64,000 nt of DNA, from NCBI GenBank assembly GCA_965207935.1, contig CBDBNM010000001.1:67614-131613 (forward strand), given 5' to 3'. Of this stretch, positions 44,880 through 53,972 are shown in pieces; position 1 is the first letter of the stretch; every line of letters begins with the position of its first letter. The translations under genes were made by a program, and so were the position numbers. The notes under the pieces were generated by a model, which was given only the letters and a program-made list of their open reading frames with translations, had not been told where the DNA came from and searched no databases. This stretch comes from Dehalococcoidia bacterium. Lineage in GTDB: Bacteria > Chloroflexota > Dehalococcoidia > Lucifugimonadales > JAGWBF01.

Positions 44880-46808
44880 GTGTTTCTTGGATTAGCAGAT
44901 ACCTTGGGTTATAGTGGAGCGGTGGCACATGAAGTCGTGAAGGGCCAGCGCCTGCGTCTCACGCCCGTGGGTTGGGGCAAGCTGGGCGATGCCCTGGCCT
45001 ATCAGGGCGACACAAAGGTGATGGTGTTCGGGGCCATTCCTGGGGAAGAGGTAGAGGTGGAGGTGCTGAGGGTCAGGCGGGACCGGGCCTCCGCCCAGGT
45101 TGTGCAGGTGCTCGACCCCTCGCCGCACAGGGTGGACACCCCGTGTCCCTACTACGGGCGCTGCACCGGGTGCCAGTGGCAGCACATCGATTACCACCAC
45201 CAGCTGGACCTGAAGCGCAGCATGGTCGCCGACGCTCTCGACCAGGCCGGCGGCCTGGGAGATGTGGTGGTCGCCCCCGCTATCCCGTCGCCGGAGGAGC
45301 TGGGCTATCGTAACCATGCCAGGTTCACCGTCGCCAAGGACGGGACCCTGGGTTTCGTGCATCGCGAGACAAGGAAGCACATCGGCATCGATAGCTGCAT
45401 GCTTATGAGCCCCTTGATCAACCGCACCTTGGGGGAGCTACAGGGGCGCTGCGCCGAGACTACCCAGCTGTCCATCCGGGGAGGCGACGGCACAGGAAGC
45501 TACCTGGTGCAGCCAACCCTAAAGTCCCCGGAGGTTCCTGTAGCCACTGGGCAGAAACACTACGAAGAGGACTTGGGAGGCCGGAGCTTTCGGATCGCTT
45601 CCGCCTCCTTCTTCCAGGTGAACAACCTCCAAGCCGAGCAGATGGTCGCCATGGCGCGGGAAGAGCTTGGCCTGGCGGGGCACGGGCTGCTGGTAGATGC
45701 CTACGCCGGGGTGGGCACCTTTGCCATACTGCTGGCCCCCTATGTTGACAGGGTGATCGCCATTGAGGATTCGCCCTCGGCGGTGTGGGATGCGGAAGCC
45801 AACGCCGCTGGCGTCGACAACGTGACCTTTATCCAGGGACGTACCGAGAAGGTGCTCCAGGAGATGGAGGAGCAGCCGACAGCCCTCATCCTGGACCCTC
45901 CCAGGGCAGGGTGCCAGCCGGAGGCGCTGGAAGCTGTCGTTAGGCTGCAGCCGGACCGCCTCCTGTACGTCTCCTGCGAACCGGAATCCCTGGCCCGGGA
46001 CTTGGCTCAGTTGGTCGATGGCGGCTTCAGGGTCGAGAAGGTGCAGCCCATCGATATGTTCCCCCAGACCCATCATGTGGAGTGCATTGCCGTCCTGACG
46101 CCCGGGGCCGCCAATGGCTCAGTCAGTGGTGGAGCATCCCTTTGCCGGAACCTGGTGCTGGCATCCTCATCTCCCCGCCGCACCCAGCTCTTGTCGTCGG
46201 TGGGCCTCGACCATGAGGTCGTGCATCCCTCGGTGGATGAAGCCATGGACCCCCAGGAAAGCGTCGAATCCCTGGTGGAACGCCTGGCCCTGGCCAAGGT
46301 AAGGAAGGTGTCCGAGGCCAGGCCCGGCGATGTGCTGGTGGGCGCCGACAGCATGGTTGTGCTGGACGGGGTACCCCTTGGGAAGCCAGCTAGTCCCGAC
46401 GAGGCGTTTCAGGTGCTCAGGTCCTTGAGGGGCGAGACCCATACGGTCGTCACAGGTGTGGCGGTCCTTGATGCGGCCCGCGGCTTGGAGTGGGTGGATA
46501 TCTGCGCAACCGACGTGGTCATGCGCGACTACTCCGAAGAAGAGATGGAGGCGTATGTGGCCTCCGGCGCTCCCATGGACAAGGCTGGCAGCTATGGCAT
46601 TCAGGATGAACCATTCAACCCGGTGTCCGGAGTGGAAGGCTGCTATACCAACGTGGTGGGGCTGCCCCTGTGCACCCTGGCCGACATGCTGGATAAGGCC
46701 GGGATACGGATGCCGGCGCCTGGCAACCCTGAGGGAACCCGTCGCTGTACCGATTGCCGATTGGGGGCGAATAGGCCTGCTGCAACGAAACCGGATGGTG
46801 ACGCCTAA
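44880..46808 (+). CDS. fusion protein: 23S rRNA (uracil-C5)-methyltransferase RlmD/RumA-like (TRAM + Fe-S + MTase) fused to a Maf nucleoside-triphosphate pyrophosphatase
   Basis: RumA Fe-S cysteines CPYYGRCTGCQWQH. MTase motif DAYAGVGTF. Catalytic Cys region DMFPQTHHVECIAVL. A continuous ORF then runs into the Maf pattern LVLASSSPRRTQLL...GADSMVVLDG..LGKP...H.VVTGVA...DKAGSYGIQD...NVVGLPL. The exact start is uncertain (GTG 44880 or GTG 44922). Confidence 0.8.
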   Translation: MFLGLADTLGYSGAVAHEVVKGQRLRLTPVGWGKLGDALAYQGDTKVMVFGAIPGEEVEVEVLRVRRDRASAQVVQVLDPSPHRVDTPCPYYGRCTGCQWQHIDYHHQLDLKRSMVADALDQAGGLGDVVVAPAIPSPEELGYRNHARFTVAKDGTLGFVHRETRKHIGIDSCMLMSPLINRTLGELQGRCAETTQLSIRGGDGTGSYLVQPTLKSPEVPVATGQKHYEEDLGGRSFRIASASFFQVNNLQAEQMVAMAREELGLAGHGLLVDAYAGVGTFAILLAPYVDRVIAIEDSPSAVWDAEANAAGVDNVTFIQGRTEKVLQEMEEQPTALILDPPRAGCQPEALEAVVRLQPDRLLYVSCEPESLARDLAQLVDGGFRVEKVQPIDMFPQTHHVECIAVLTPGAANGSVSGGASLCRNLVLASSSPRRTQLLSSVGLDHEVVHPSVDEAMDPQESVESLVERLALAKVRKVSEARPGDVLVGADSMVVLDGVPLGKPASPDEAFQVLRSLRGETHTVVTGVAVLDAARGLEWVDICATDVVMRDYSEEEMEAYVASGAPMDKAGSYGIQDEPFNPVSGVEGCYTNVVGLPLCTLADMLDKAGIRMPAPGNPEGTRRCTDCRLGANRPAATKPDGDA

Positions 46809-47029
46809 TGGGGTTCGGAGGCATCGGCTTCTCGGAGATACTGATCATACTGGTTGTGGCCCTGCTGGTCGTCGGGCCGGGCAGGACCATAAGCATGGCC
46901 AAGACCGCTGGCAAGATGATGGGCCAGGTGCGCCGGGCCATGACCGACCTGACGAACACCATCGAGGAAGAGGACCGGCAGAGCAGGCCCGGCGACCGCA
47001 CCGACGGTCCGTCCAATGACAGGGGCTGA
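46808..47029 (+). CDS. Sec-independent translocase TatA/TatB-family protein
   Basis: MGFGGIGFSEILIILVVALLVVGP TM segment plus an amphipathic helix. TAATG overlap upstream and TGATG overlap with tatC. Confidence 0.8.
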   Translation: MGFGGIGFSEILIILVVALLVVGPGRTISMAKTAGKMMGQVRRAMTDLTNTIEEEDRQSRPGDRTDGPSNDRG

Positions 47030-47778
47030 TGGAACGCCAGCTTTCCATCAGCCAGCACCTCCTGGAGCTGAGAAAGCGCATCCTGATCTCCGGCGCCGCT
47101 GTGTTGATCGGGACCGTGGTTGCCTTGGTCTTCTACGAAGACATCATCGAGCTGCTCCTGCGTCCCGCCGACGAGCTGTCCTCGGACGAAGGTCCCGCCC
47201 GCCTTATATACACCGAGCTGACGGAGATGATAGCCGTCACCGTCCGGGTTTCCATTCTGGGTGGGCTGGTCCTGGCCTTCCCGGTGGTGCTCTACCAGGC
47301 CATCATGTTCGTTGCTCCGGGGCTTACCAAGCGGGAAAGGCGCTTCCTCCTTGCCTTCATGCCCGGCGTGATCCTCTCGTTTATCGGCGGGGTGGCCTTC
47401 GGCTACTTCATACTTATTCCCCCGGCGGTGAACTTCCTGCTGAGCTGGGGCAGCGACCTGGCCACGCCGATGATACGCATCGGCAACTACGTTTCGATAA
47501 TGGTGACCCTGCTCTTCTGGCTCGGGATGGTGTTCGAGACCCCTGTTGTGATGTTCCTGCTTGCGAAGCTGGGGGTGGTGTCGTGGAGGACGTATGCAAG
47601 GTGGAGGCGGTACTGGATACTGGTTGCGTTCATCCTGGGGGCGCTGATCACTCCCACATTCGATCCGGTGAACCAAGCCTTGGTGGCCGCGCCACTCATC
47701 GTGCTGTACGAGGTGGGGATATGGCTGTCGAGGTTCGCTGCCAGACGCAGGACGCAGAGCGTAGCCGAAACTGGCTAA
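47029..47778 (+). CDS. tatC: Sec-independent translocase TatC
   Basis: 249-aa six-TM protein. HLLELRKRIL start pattern and ITPTFDP motif. Confidence 0.9.
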   Translation: MERQLSISQHLLELRKRILISGAAVLIGTVVALVFYEDIIELLLRPADELSSDEGPARLIYTELTEMIAVTVRVSILGGLVLAFPVVLYQAIMFVAPGLTKRERRFLLAFMPGVILSFIGGVAFGYFILIPPAVNFLLSWGSDLATPMIRIGNYVSIMVTLLFWLGMVFETPVVMFLLAKLGVVSWRTYARWRRYWILVAFILGALITPTFDPVNQALVAAPLIVLYEVGIWLSRFAARRRTQSVAETG

Positions 47779-47846
47779 GGGGTCTGAACAAAGACAATGG
47801 ACCGTGGATGGAAAGGGTGAGTGGAGGTTAACCTACCTGGTAGGGG

Positions 47847-48077
47847 CTAAGCGCCCTCTTTCTCAGTGGTCTTGGAGGCTGCTTTCTCGTCCTTGTCGTC
47901 GGTAATCTCCACATCGTCCTTCCCCATCAAGGCGCCTTTGAATGCCCTAAGGCCCTGTCCCAAGGAAGCTCCCATCTTTGGCAGCCGGGCGGCTCCGAAG
48001 ATCAGCATCAGGGCAACGACAATGATGATGATCTCATAGGGACCTATGCTTCTGAAGAGCATTGCGACGGGGGTCAT
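47847..48077 (-). CDS. tatA: Sec-independent translocase TatA
   Basis: ATG 48077 with an AAGGAGG RBS. SIGPYEIIIIVVALMLIFGAARLPKMG is the TatA signature. Confidence 0.8.
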   Translation of the reverse strand: MTPVAMLFRSIGPYEIIIIVVALMLIFGAARLPKMGASLGQGLRAFKGALMGKDDVEITDDKDEKAASKTTEKEGA

Positions 48078-48223
48078 TGCTGCCTCCTTGTTTCCCCACC
48101 TGTCTTTGGCTAACATGGTAACACGCAATCCAGAACACGGACAAGGAACCGCCGGGGGGATTGGGCTGGGTATGCAACTCTGCAACATCTCCACCCTCTA
48201 GCGGGTCTGTCCGGAGAAGCTGC

Positions 48224-49621
48224 ATGGTGTCATCCAACGAACAGTATGACTTGGTGGTGATTGGGGCCGGGCCGGGCGGCTACGTCGCCGCCATAAGGGC
48301 AGCCCAGCTTGGCATGAAGACGGCGGTCGTGGAGCGGGAAGCCCTGGGCGGCGTGTGCCTTAACTGGGGCTGCATTCCCAGCAAAGCCCTGCTAAGGAAT
48401 GCAGAGGTGCTGTCTCTGCTCAAGAGGGCTGACGACTTCGGCTTCCAGTTCGACAATCTGAATGTCGACTACTCCAAGGCGGTGGACCGCAGCCGGAAGG
48501 TTGTGGAGCAGAACACCAAGGGCATCGGCTTCCTGTTCCGTAAGCACAAGGTGGAGCATATCCAGGGCGATGCCAAGATAACGGCTCCGGGCGTGGTGGA
48601 GGTTGCCCCCGAAGGGCGCACCATCGGCGCCGGGAACATCATCATAGCTACAGGCGCCAGGCCCCGCGCCATTCCCGACCTGCCCGTCGATGGACGCACG
48701 GTTATCACCAGCCGGGAAGCCCTGGAGATGCGGGAGCTTCCCCAAAGTCTCGTCATTGTCGGCGCAGGCGCGACGGGAATGGAGTTCGCCTATCTCTGCA
48801 ACGCCTATGGTGTGGATGTAACTGTGGTGGAACTGCTGCCCCGGATCGTTCCCAACGAGGATGAAGAGATCAGCCAGCAGCTAGAGAGAGCGCTGACGCG
48901 GGAAGGAATTCGCTTTCTGATCGGCTCGAAGGTGGCTGGCTTGGAGCATACAGAGGACGGCGCTCGGCTCAGTATACAGAGCGCCGAGGGCGAAGAGGAG
49001 GCCGTCCAGTGCGCTAAAGTGCTGGTGGCGGTAGGAGTCCAAGGCAACATAGAAGGCTTGGGCCTGGAGGCCTTGGGCGTAGAAGTCAAGTCGGGGTTCA
49101 TCCAGGTGGATGACCGGATGGCTACCAATGTGCCCGGGATTTACGCAATAGGCGACGTCACGGGCAAGCTGCTTCTGGCCCACGTGGCTTCAGCCCAGGG
49201 TGTAATGGCCGTGGAGTCCATTGCCGGTATGGACCCGCCGGCCCTGGACTACACCTACATGCCCCGGGCGACCTACTGCATACCCCAGGTTGCCAGCTTC
49301 GGACTGACCGAAGCCCAAGCCACAGAGCAGGGCAGGTCCATCAAGGTGGGCAAGTTCCCCTTCAGGGCCAGCGGGAAAGCCCTGGCAATCGGCGAACCCG
49401 TCGGCATGGCGAAGCTGGTGGTAGATGCTGAATACGGTGAGATCCTGGGCGCCCACCTGGTGGGGCCGGAGGTTACGGAGATGCTGGGGGAGCTATCCCT
49501 GGCGCGCCTCCTGGAGGGCACAACCCAGGAGCTGGGCTGGATGGTGCACTCCCACCCTACCCTGTCCGAGGCCATCAAGGAGGCTGCCCTGGGGGCTGAC
49601 GGGGGATCGATTCATATATGA
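48224..49621 (+). CDS. lpd: dihydrolipoyl dehydrogenase (E3)
   Basis: FAD motif VVIGAGPGGY and redox disulfide GGVCLNWGCIPSK. C-terminal HPTLSE. Confidence 0.9.
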   Translation: MVSSNEQYDLVVIGAGPGGYVAAIRAAQLGMKTAVVEREALGGVCLNWGCIPSKALLRNAEVLSLLKRADDFGFQFDNLNVDYSKAVDRSRKVVEQNTKGIGFLFRKHKVEHIQGDAKITAPGVVEVAPEGRTIGAGNIIIATGARPRAIPDLPVDGRTVITSREALEMRELPQSLVIVGAGATGMEFAYLCNAYGVDVTVVELLPRIVPNEDEEISQQLERALTREGIRFLIGSKVAGLEHTEDGARLSIQSAEGEEEAVQCAKVLVAVGVQGNIEGLGLEALGVEVKSGFIQVDDRMATNVPGIYAIGDVTGKLLLAHVASAQGVMAVESIAGMDPPALDYTYMPRATYCIPQVASFGLTEAQATEQGRSIKVGKFPFRASGKALAIGEPVGMAKLVVDAEYGEILGAHLVGPEVTEMLGELSLARLLEGTTQELGWMVHSHPTLSEAIKEAALGADGGSIHI

Positions 49622-49646
49622 CACGCCCATCCTGGACTGACAAGAG

Positions 49647-50822
49647 GTGGACTTGGCGACCACGGTGATCATGCCCCAGATGGGCTACGACATGCGCGAG
49701 GGCACGGTCGTCCGCTGGCACAAGAAGGAAGGGGACGACGTGGCCCGGGGCGATATCCTGGCTGAGATCGAGACCGACAAGGCAACGGTGGAGATGGAGG
49801 CCTTCTCCCCGGGCATCCTGGGCAAGATCGTGGCAGAGGAGGGGCGCACTGTGCCGGTGGGTGACCCCATAGCCGTTATAGTAAGTCCCGGAGAGGCCAT
49901 TCCAGAGCTGGAGCAGGTGGCTGATACCCCAAGCTCCCCTGCTGCGCCATCCGAGCCTGCCGCGGCCCCAATGGCCCCCCAGGCATCGGGCGATGTGAAG
50001 GCAAGCCCCCTTGCAAGGCGACTGGCCAGGGAGAAGGGCATACCCCTGGGTTCAATTTCAGGCACCGGCCCGGGCGGAAGAATTACAGAGGCTGATGTTA
50101 TGCGGGCGGAAGAGGCCGGGGTAGTTCCGGCCCCGGTCCCGCAGGAGGGGGCCGAGATCAGCCCCATGCGTCGGGCTATAGCCCGGATAACCGCCCAGAG
50201 CAAGCGTGAGGTCCCCCACTTCTACGTGACTGCCGAAGTGAACATGTCCCAGGCGATGTCTGTGCGCCGCCAGGTCAACGAGACCCTTCCCGAGGGACAG
50301 CGGGTCAGCATCAACGACCTGATCGTCAAGGCATCGGCCCTGGCCTTGGTCAAGCACCCCAAATTCAACGCTTCCTTGGACGGAGACCGCCTCGTGATGC
50401 ACGATGACCTCAACATCGGCATTGCCGTGGCGCTGGAGCAGGGACTCATCGTCCCGTCCATATCCCGATGCGAGGACAGGTCCCTGGTTGAGATCGCGAA
50501 GGCCAGCAGCGAGCTAGTCCGGCGCACCCAGGAGAACAGGCTCCGGGCAGAGGAGTACAGCGGCAGCACCTTCAGCATAAGCAACCTGGGAATGCACGAT
50601 GTGGACAGCTTCGCCGCTATCATCCTCCCGCCGAATGCGGCGGTGCTGGCTGTGGGCGCAGTCAGGGAGCAGCCCGTGGTCCAGGATGGACAGATCGTGG
50701 TTGGCCAGGTGATGAAGGCCACCCTCTCGGTGGACCACCGGGTCGCCGACGGAGCTGAGGGTGCCGCCTTCCTCGTGGAGATCAAGGCAAACCTGGAAAA
50801 CCCGGTCCGCCTGCTGCTGTGA
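49647..50822 (+). CDS. dihydrolipoamide acyltransferase (E2) of a 2-oxoacid dehydrogenase complex
   Basis: Lipoyl-lysine motif EIETDKATVEMEA. E3-binding domain ASPLARRLAREKGI. Catalytic DHRVADGA. Confidence 0.9.
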   Translation: MDLATTVIMPQMGYDMREGTVVRWHKKEGDDVARGDILAEIETDKATVEMEAFSPGILGKIVAEEGRTVPVGDPIAVIVSPGEAIPELEQVADTPSSPAAPSEPAAAPMAPQASGDVKASPLARRLAREKGIPLGSISGTGPGGRITEADVMRAEEAGVVPAPVPQEGAEISPMRRAIARITAQSKREVPHFYVTAEVNMSQAMSVRRQVNETLPEGQRVSINDLIVKASALALVKHPKFNASLDGDRLVMHDDLNIGIAVALEQGLIVPSISRCEDRSLVEIAKASSELVRRTQENRLRAEEYSGSTFSISNLGMHDVDSFAAIILPPNAAVLAVGAVREQPVVQDGQIVVGQVMKATLSVDHRVADGAEGAAFLVEIKANLENPVRLLL

Positions 50823-50864
50823 TGCATCTTCCCCGTCCACTATCGAAGCTTAGGGACAAGTCCT

Positions 50865-52265
50865 ATGACTGCTGAACCGGGAAACGCCACATATCCCCGC
50901 AGGGTGTACCCCCTGAGTCCCCGGGACCTCACCGAGGAACAGCTTGCCGTCGTGTTTGCCATGACCTCCCGGCGCCCCGAGGCCTTCGATGAGATTGCCG
51001 TACAAGTGAGCGAGGAGAAGGCGGCCGACTTTCACGAGCGGTGGGTGCTGGGCTACGGCCATGCGTCGGTGGCGGAGCATGCCATCATTCACATGGCGGT
51101 GGAGAACATCTCCCGGCTGGCCTGCGATACATTGGAAGATAACCGGCTGGCATCCTACACCGAGAAATCATCTCGCTACCAGGTGCTCCCACAAGGGTAC
51201 TACCACCTACCGCAAGAGCTGGACACCCACCCTGAGCTCCAGAAGGTTTACATAAACACCTGCGAGTCGTTGTTCGCCACCTATGCCAGCATCGTGGATT
51301 CCACGCTGGAGTACCTTGCAACAATTAACCCCCAGCGGGACGACGAGAGGGATGGGGCATACCGGCTCAGGCTGAGGCGGATAGCTACGGACAGCTGCCG
51401 GGCGCTGCTTCCCGCGGCAACCCTCACCAACGTGGGTGTCACAATGAACGCCCGGCTCATGGAGCATGCCATCACAAAGCTTCTTTCATCCAACTTGGCC
51501 GAAGAGCAGGCCCTGGGGGAAGAACTGAAGGTGAAGGGTCGGGAGATAGCGCCGACCTTGGTGAGGTACGCGGAGAGGAAGGAGTACCTGGTTTCCTCCC
51601 GCGATGCCCAAGCCCTGAAAGCGGGAGACCTGGCTGGGACTAGTGGAGACGACTGCGAGGTTGCCTTGGTGCAGTACGATCAGGATGCAGAGCGCAAGGT
51701 GGCCGCGGGCCTGCTCTACCAGTTCTCGGGCATGCCCTACGGACAGGTTGTGAACCAGGTCGAGGAGATGTCCGAGGGTGATCTGACAGGTCTGTTCGAC
51801 GCCTGCATGGACGGGATGGGCGACCACGATGCCCCTCCCAGGGCCTTCGAGATGGCCGACTACACCTTCGAGTTCACCCTGGACTACGGGGCCTATCGGG
51901 AGTTCAAGCGCCATCGAATGCAGTCCTACATACCCCAGCCCTTGAACCTGGAAGAGGGGTACCTGACTCCTGCGCTGGTTGTGGATGCCGGTTTGGAGGG
52001 AGAGTACAGCGACGCTATGGACCTGGCCAAGGCGGCCTTCGTTCAGACCAAGGAATGCCTGCCCGATGTAGCCCAGTACCTGGCTACCCATGCCCATAAC
52101 CGCCGGGTGCTCGCCAAGATGAATCTCCGGGAGTGTTACCACCTTTTCAAGCTGCGCACCCAACCCCAAGCCCACTTCTCCATCAGGGAGCCTATGGTCC
52201 GTGCCCTCGAGCTGGTGAGAGAAGTCCATCCTCGCCTATTCAAGTACATCCGTCTTAGGGCTTGA
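50865..52265 (+). CDS. thyX: tandem-domain flavin-dependent thymidylate synthase (ThyX-like, two Thy1 repeats)
   Basis: 466 aa with two ThyX-fold halves. Half 1 carries GHASVAEH...DNRLASYTEKSSRY. Half 2 carries YREFKRHRMQSY and NLRECYHLFKLR. Confidence 0.7.
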   Translation: MTAEPGNATYPRRVYPLSPRDLTEEQLAVVFAMTSRRPEAFDEIAVQVSEEKAADFHERWVLGYGHASVAEHAIIHMAVENISRLACDTLEDNRLASYTEKSSRYQVLPQGYYHLPQELDTHPELQKVYINTCESLFATYASIVDSTLEYLATINPQRDDERDGAYRLRLRRIATDSCRALLPAATLTNVGVTMNARLMEHAITKLLSSNLAEEQALGEELKVKGREIAPTLVRYAERKEYLVSSRDAQALKAGDLAGTSGDDCEVALVQYDQDAERKVAAGLLYQFSGMPYGQVVNQVEEMSEGDLTGLFDACMDGMGDHDAPPRAFEMADYTFEFTLDYGAYREFKRHRMQSYIPQPLNLEEGYLTPALVVDAGLEGEYSDAMDLAKAAFVQTKECLPDVAQYLATHAHNRRVLAKMNLRECYHLFKLRTQPQAHFSIREPMVRALELVREVHPRLFKYIRLRA

Positions 52266-52286
52266 CGACCAGGTGCTGCGAAACAG

Positions 52287-52316
52287 AAAAGGGACGCTCT
52301 TATGAGCGTCCCTTCT
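52287..52316. terminator. bidirectional intrinsic terminator between convergent thyX-like and hesB-like genes
   Basis: AAAA-GGGACGCTC-TTAT-GAGCGTCCC-TTCTTC. Confidence 0.65.
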
Positions 52317-52357
52317 TCATTACTGAATTGCTTGGGCCGTGAGGGCCGATTAGTCGC

Positions 52358-52720
52358 TTAGTGGCCGCAGCCGCAACCGCCGCCGCCTGCTCCACAGCCG
52401 CAACCGCCTCCGCCGCAGCCACAACCGCCGGTGGAGAACATCGGGTTGTTGATGACAAACCCCACGCGGGTGAGGTCTTCCACGTAGTCGATGGTGGCTT
52501 CCTCGAGGAAGGGTGCGCTGTCCGAGTCCATGAGGAAGCTAATGCCATCCATCTGCAGGATGGTGTCTTCATTCTGGGACTCGTTTTCCAGAGTCATCAT
52601 GTACTGGATTCCGCCGTGCTCGGCGGGGGCGGCGATGACTCGCAGGGATGATCCCGTTTCCCCTTGCTCTTCCATCACCTCTTTGAGCTTCTCCAAGGCC
52701 GGAGAGGTCACCTCAAGCAT
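52358..52720 (-). CDS. HesB/IscA-like A-type Fe-S carrier homolog with a C-terminal Gly-Cys repeat
   Basis: IscA-like core (LRVIAAP...GIQYMMTL...IDYVEDL...GFVINNP) ending in GGCGCGGGGCGCGAGGGGCGCGH. Confidence 0.7.
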   Translation of the reverse strand: MLEVTSPALEKLKEVMEEQGETGSSLRVIAAPAEHGGIQYMMTLENESQNEDTILQMDGISFLMDSDSAPFLEEATIDYVEDLTRVGFVINNPMFSTGGCGCGGGGCGCGAGGGGCGCGH

Positions 52721-52919
52721 AACTAGGCTCCTTTCACAGGCGAGCGTACTCCATCTCTGGAACCGCCTTAGTAGCCAATGCTAACACGCAGATTTCTTCC
52801 TGGTCAATAGAGACGGTCAGGGGTTTGTCCCACCTATTCCCCGTCCTTGACGACCCACAAAAGGCGATGCTAGAGTACGCCATCACCTTGGCCCCTACCT
52901 TGCTGAGACCCCTCCTATA

Positions 52920-53906
52920 ATGGACGAATCGATACGCCAGTTGATCAGGGGAGACAAGCGGATGCTTTCGCGCCTCATCAGCATCGTCGAGCAGGAAGGC
53001 CCCCAGGGAGCTCAGGTGATGGCCCAGGTGTTCCCCCACTGTGGCAACGCCTACTGCATAGGCATCACCGGCTCTCCGGGAGCAGGCAAGAGCACCCTGG
53101 TCGACTCCATGGTCAAAGTTATTCGCAGTCGAGTCCTCACCGCCGGCGTGATCGCAGTGGACCCAACCAGCGCTTACAGCGGCGGCGCATTCTTGGGGGA
53201 CCGCATTAGAATGCAGCGCCACTTCATGGACCCCGGCGTTTACATAAGAAGCATGGCCACCCGAAGCAACCCAGGGGGACTGCCCAGAATGGTGCAGGGA
53301 GCGGTGCAGCTATTGGATGCGGCTGGAACCGACTACGTTCTGGTAGAAACCGTAGGGGTGGGCCAGACGGAACTGGGCATCATGGATGTGGCAGACACTG
53401 TCGTAGTGGTGATGATGCCCGAATCGGGCGACGTAATTCAGACCTTGAAGGCTGGCTTGATGGAGGTCGCCGACATCTACGTTGTGAACAAGTCGGACCT
53501 GCAGGGAGCAGACAAGATGGTCTCCGCTCTCGGGGCTATGCTGCACATGGCCGACCCATCCGAGGGCTGGTCTCCGAAGGTAGTTTCCACCCAGGCCCAT
53601 GCAGACGTTGGAGTCGCGGAGCTCTTCGAGAGCATATTGGAGCATCGTGATGGTCAGGTGGCCGAGGGAGTCCTGGAAAAGCGGAGGAACGAGCGCCGGA
53701 GCCGGGAGTTCACGAGGGCATTGCAGGCGGGACTGCTTCAGCAGCTCCAGCAGGGCTTGTCGGAGAACGAAGTGCTAAGGAGCGCTCTGGAGCAGGTGGC
53801 CGCCGGCCAGGCAGAACCCTACTCTTCAGCTCTCAAGCTTCTGCAGGACGGTATCACCCGCAGACTTGCTGCTCCGTCGTCCGGAAACCCCGCCGAGAAC
53901 CTGTAA
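52920..53906 (+). CDS. meaB: MeaB/ArgK-type G3E GTPase (methylmalonyl-CoA mutase accessory protein)
   Basis: P-loop GITGSPGAGKSTLV, DPTSAYSGGAFLGDRIRM, ETVGVGQTE and NKSD. Confidence 0.85.
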   Translation: MDESIRQLIRGDKRMLSRLISIVEQEGPQGAQVMAQVFPHCGNAYCIGITGSPGAGKSTLVDSMVKVIRSRVLTAGVIAVDPTSAYSGGAFLGDRIRMQRHFMDPGVYIRSMATRSNPGGLPRMVQGAVQLLDAAGTDYVLVETVGVGQTELGIMDVADTVVVVMMPESGDVIQTLKAGLMEVADIYVVNKSDLQGADKMVSALGAMLHMADPSEGWSPKVVSTQAHADVGVAELFESILEHRDGQVAEGVLEKRRNERRSREFTRALQAGLLQQLQQGLSENEVLRSALEQVAAGQAEPYSSALKLLQDGITRRLAAPSSGNPAENL

Positions 53907-53972
53907 CCCGGAGCCGAAACAGCCGCCTCTGCGGGTTGTTCCCCGGCTGAATCCCTGCCAGGGGGTAGTCCA

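Noticed and set aside
43600-44900. Genomic island or prophage integrated at the tRNA-Sec gene
   Set aside because: There is no integrase, transposase, phage or plasmid gene on either side. The flanks are housekeeping genes, and no direct repeat of the tRNA 3' end was seen nearby.
44205-44914. Track ORFs 44205-44462 and 44549-44914 (85 and 121 aa), and the possibility of a CRISPR array in the same block
   Set aside because: These ORFs are translations of palindromic repeat modules (the repeated ...DCGLRRNDG...SSQPSP..G.GALL... peptides mirror the DNA repeats). The block is not CRISPR: there are only 2-3 imperfect copies per module, in mixed orientation, with no uniform unique spacers and no cas genes.
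46615-47676. 353-aa minus-strand ORF opposite the tatA/B-tatC genes, and 271-aa plus-strand alternative frame 47016-47831
   Set aside because: TatC and TatA/B are clearly recognisable in the called frames. The alternative frames have no family resemblance.
48224-50822. E3 and E2 genes of a 2-oxoacid dehydrogenase complex without adjacent E1 genes, considered as an anomaly
   Set aside because: E1 genes are often encoded elsewhere or shared. Nothing in the sequence itself is unusual, since the lipoyl, E3-binding and catalytic motifs are all intact.
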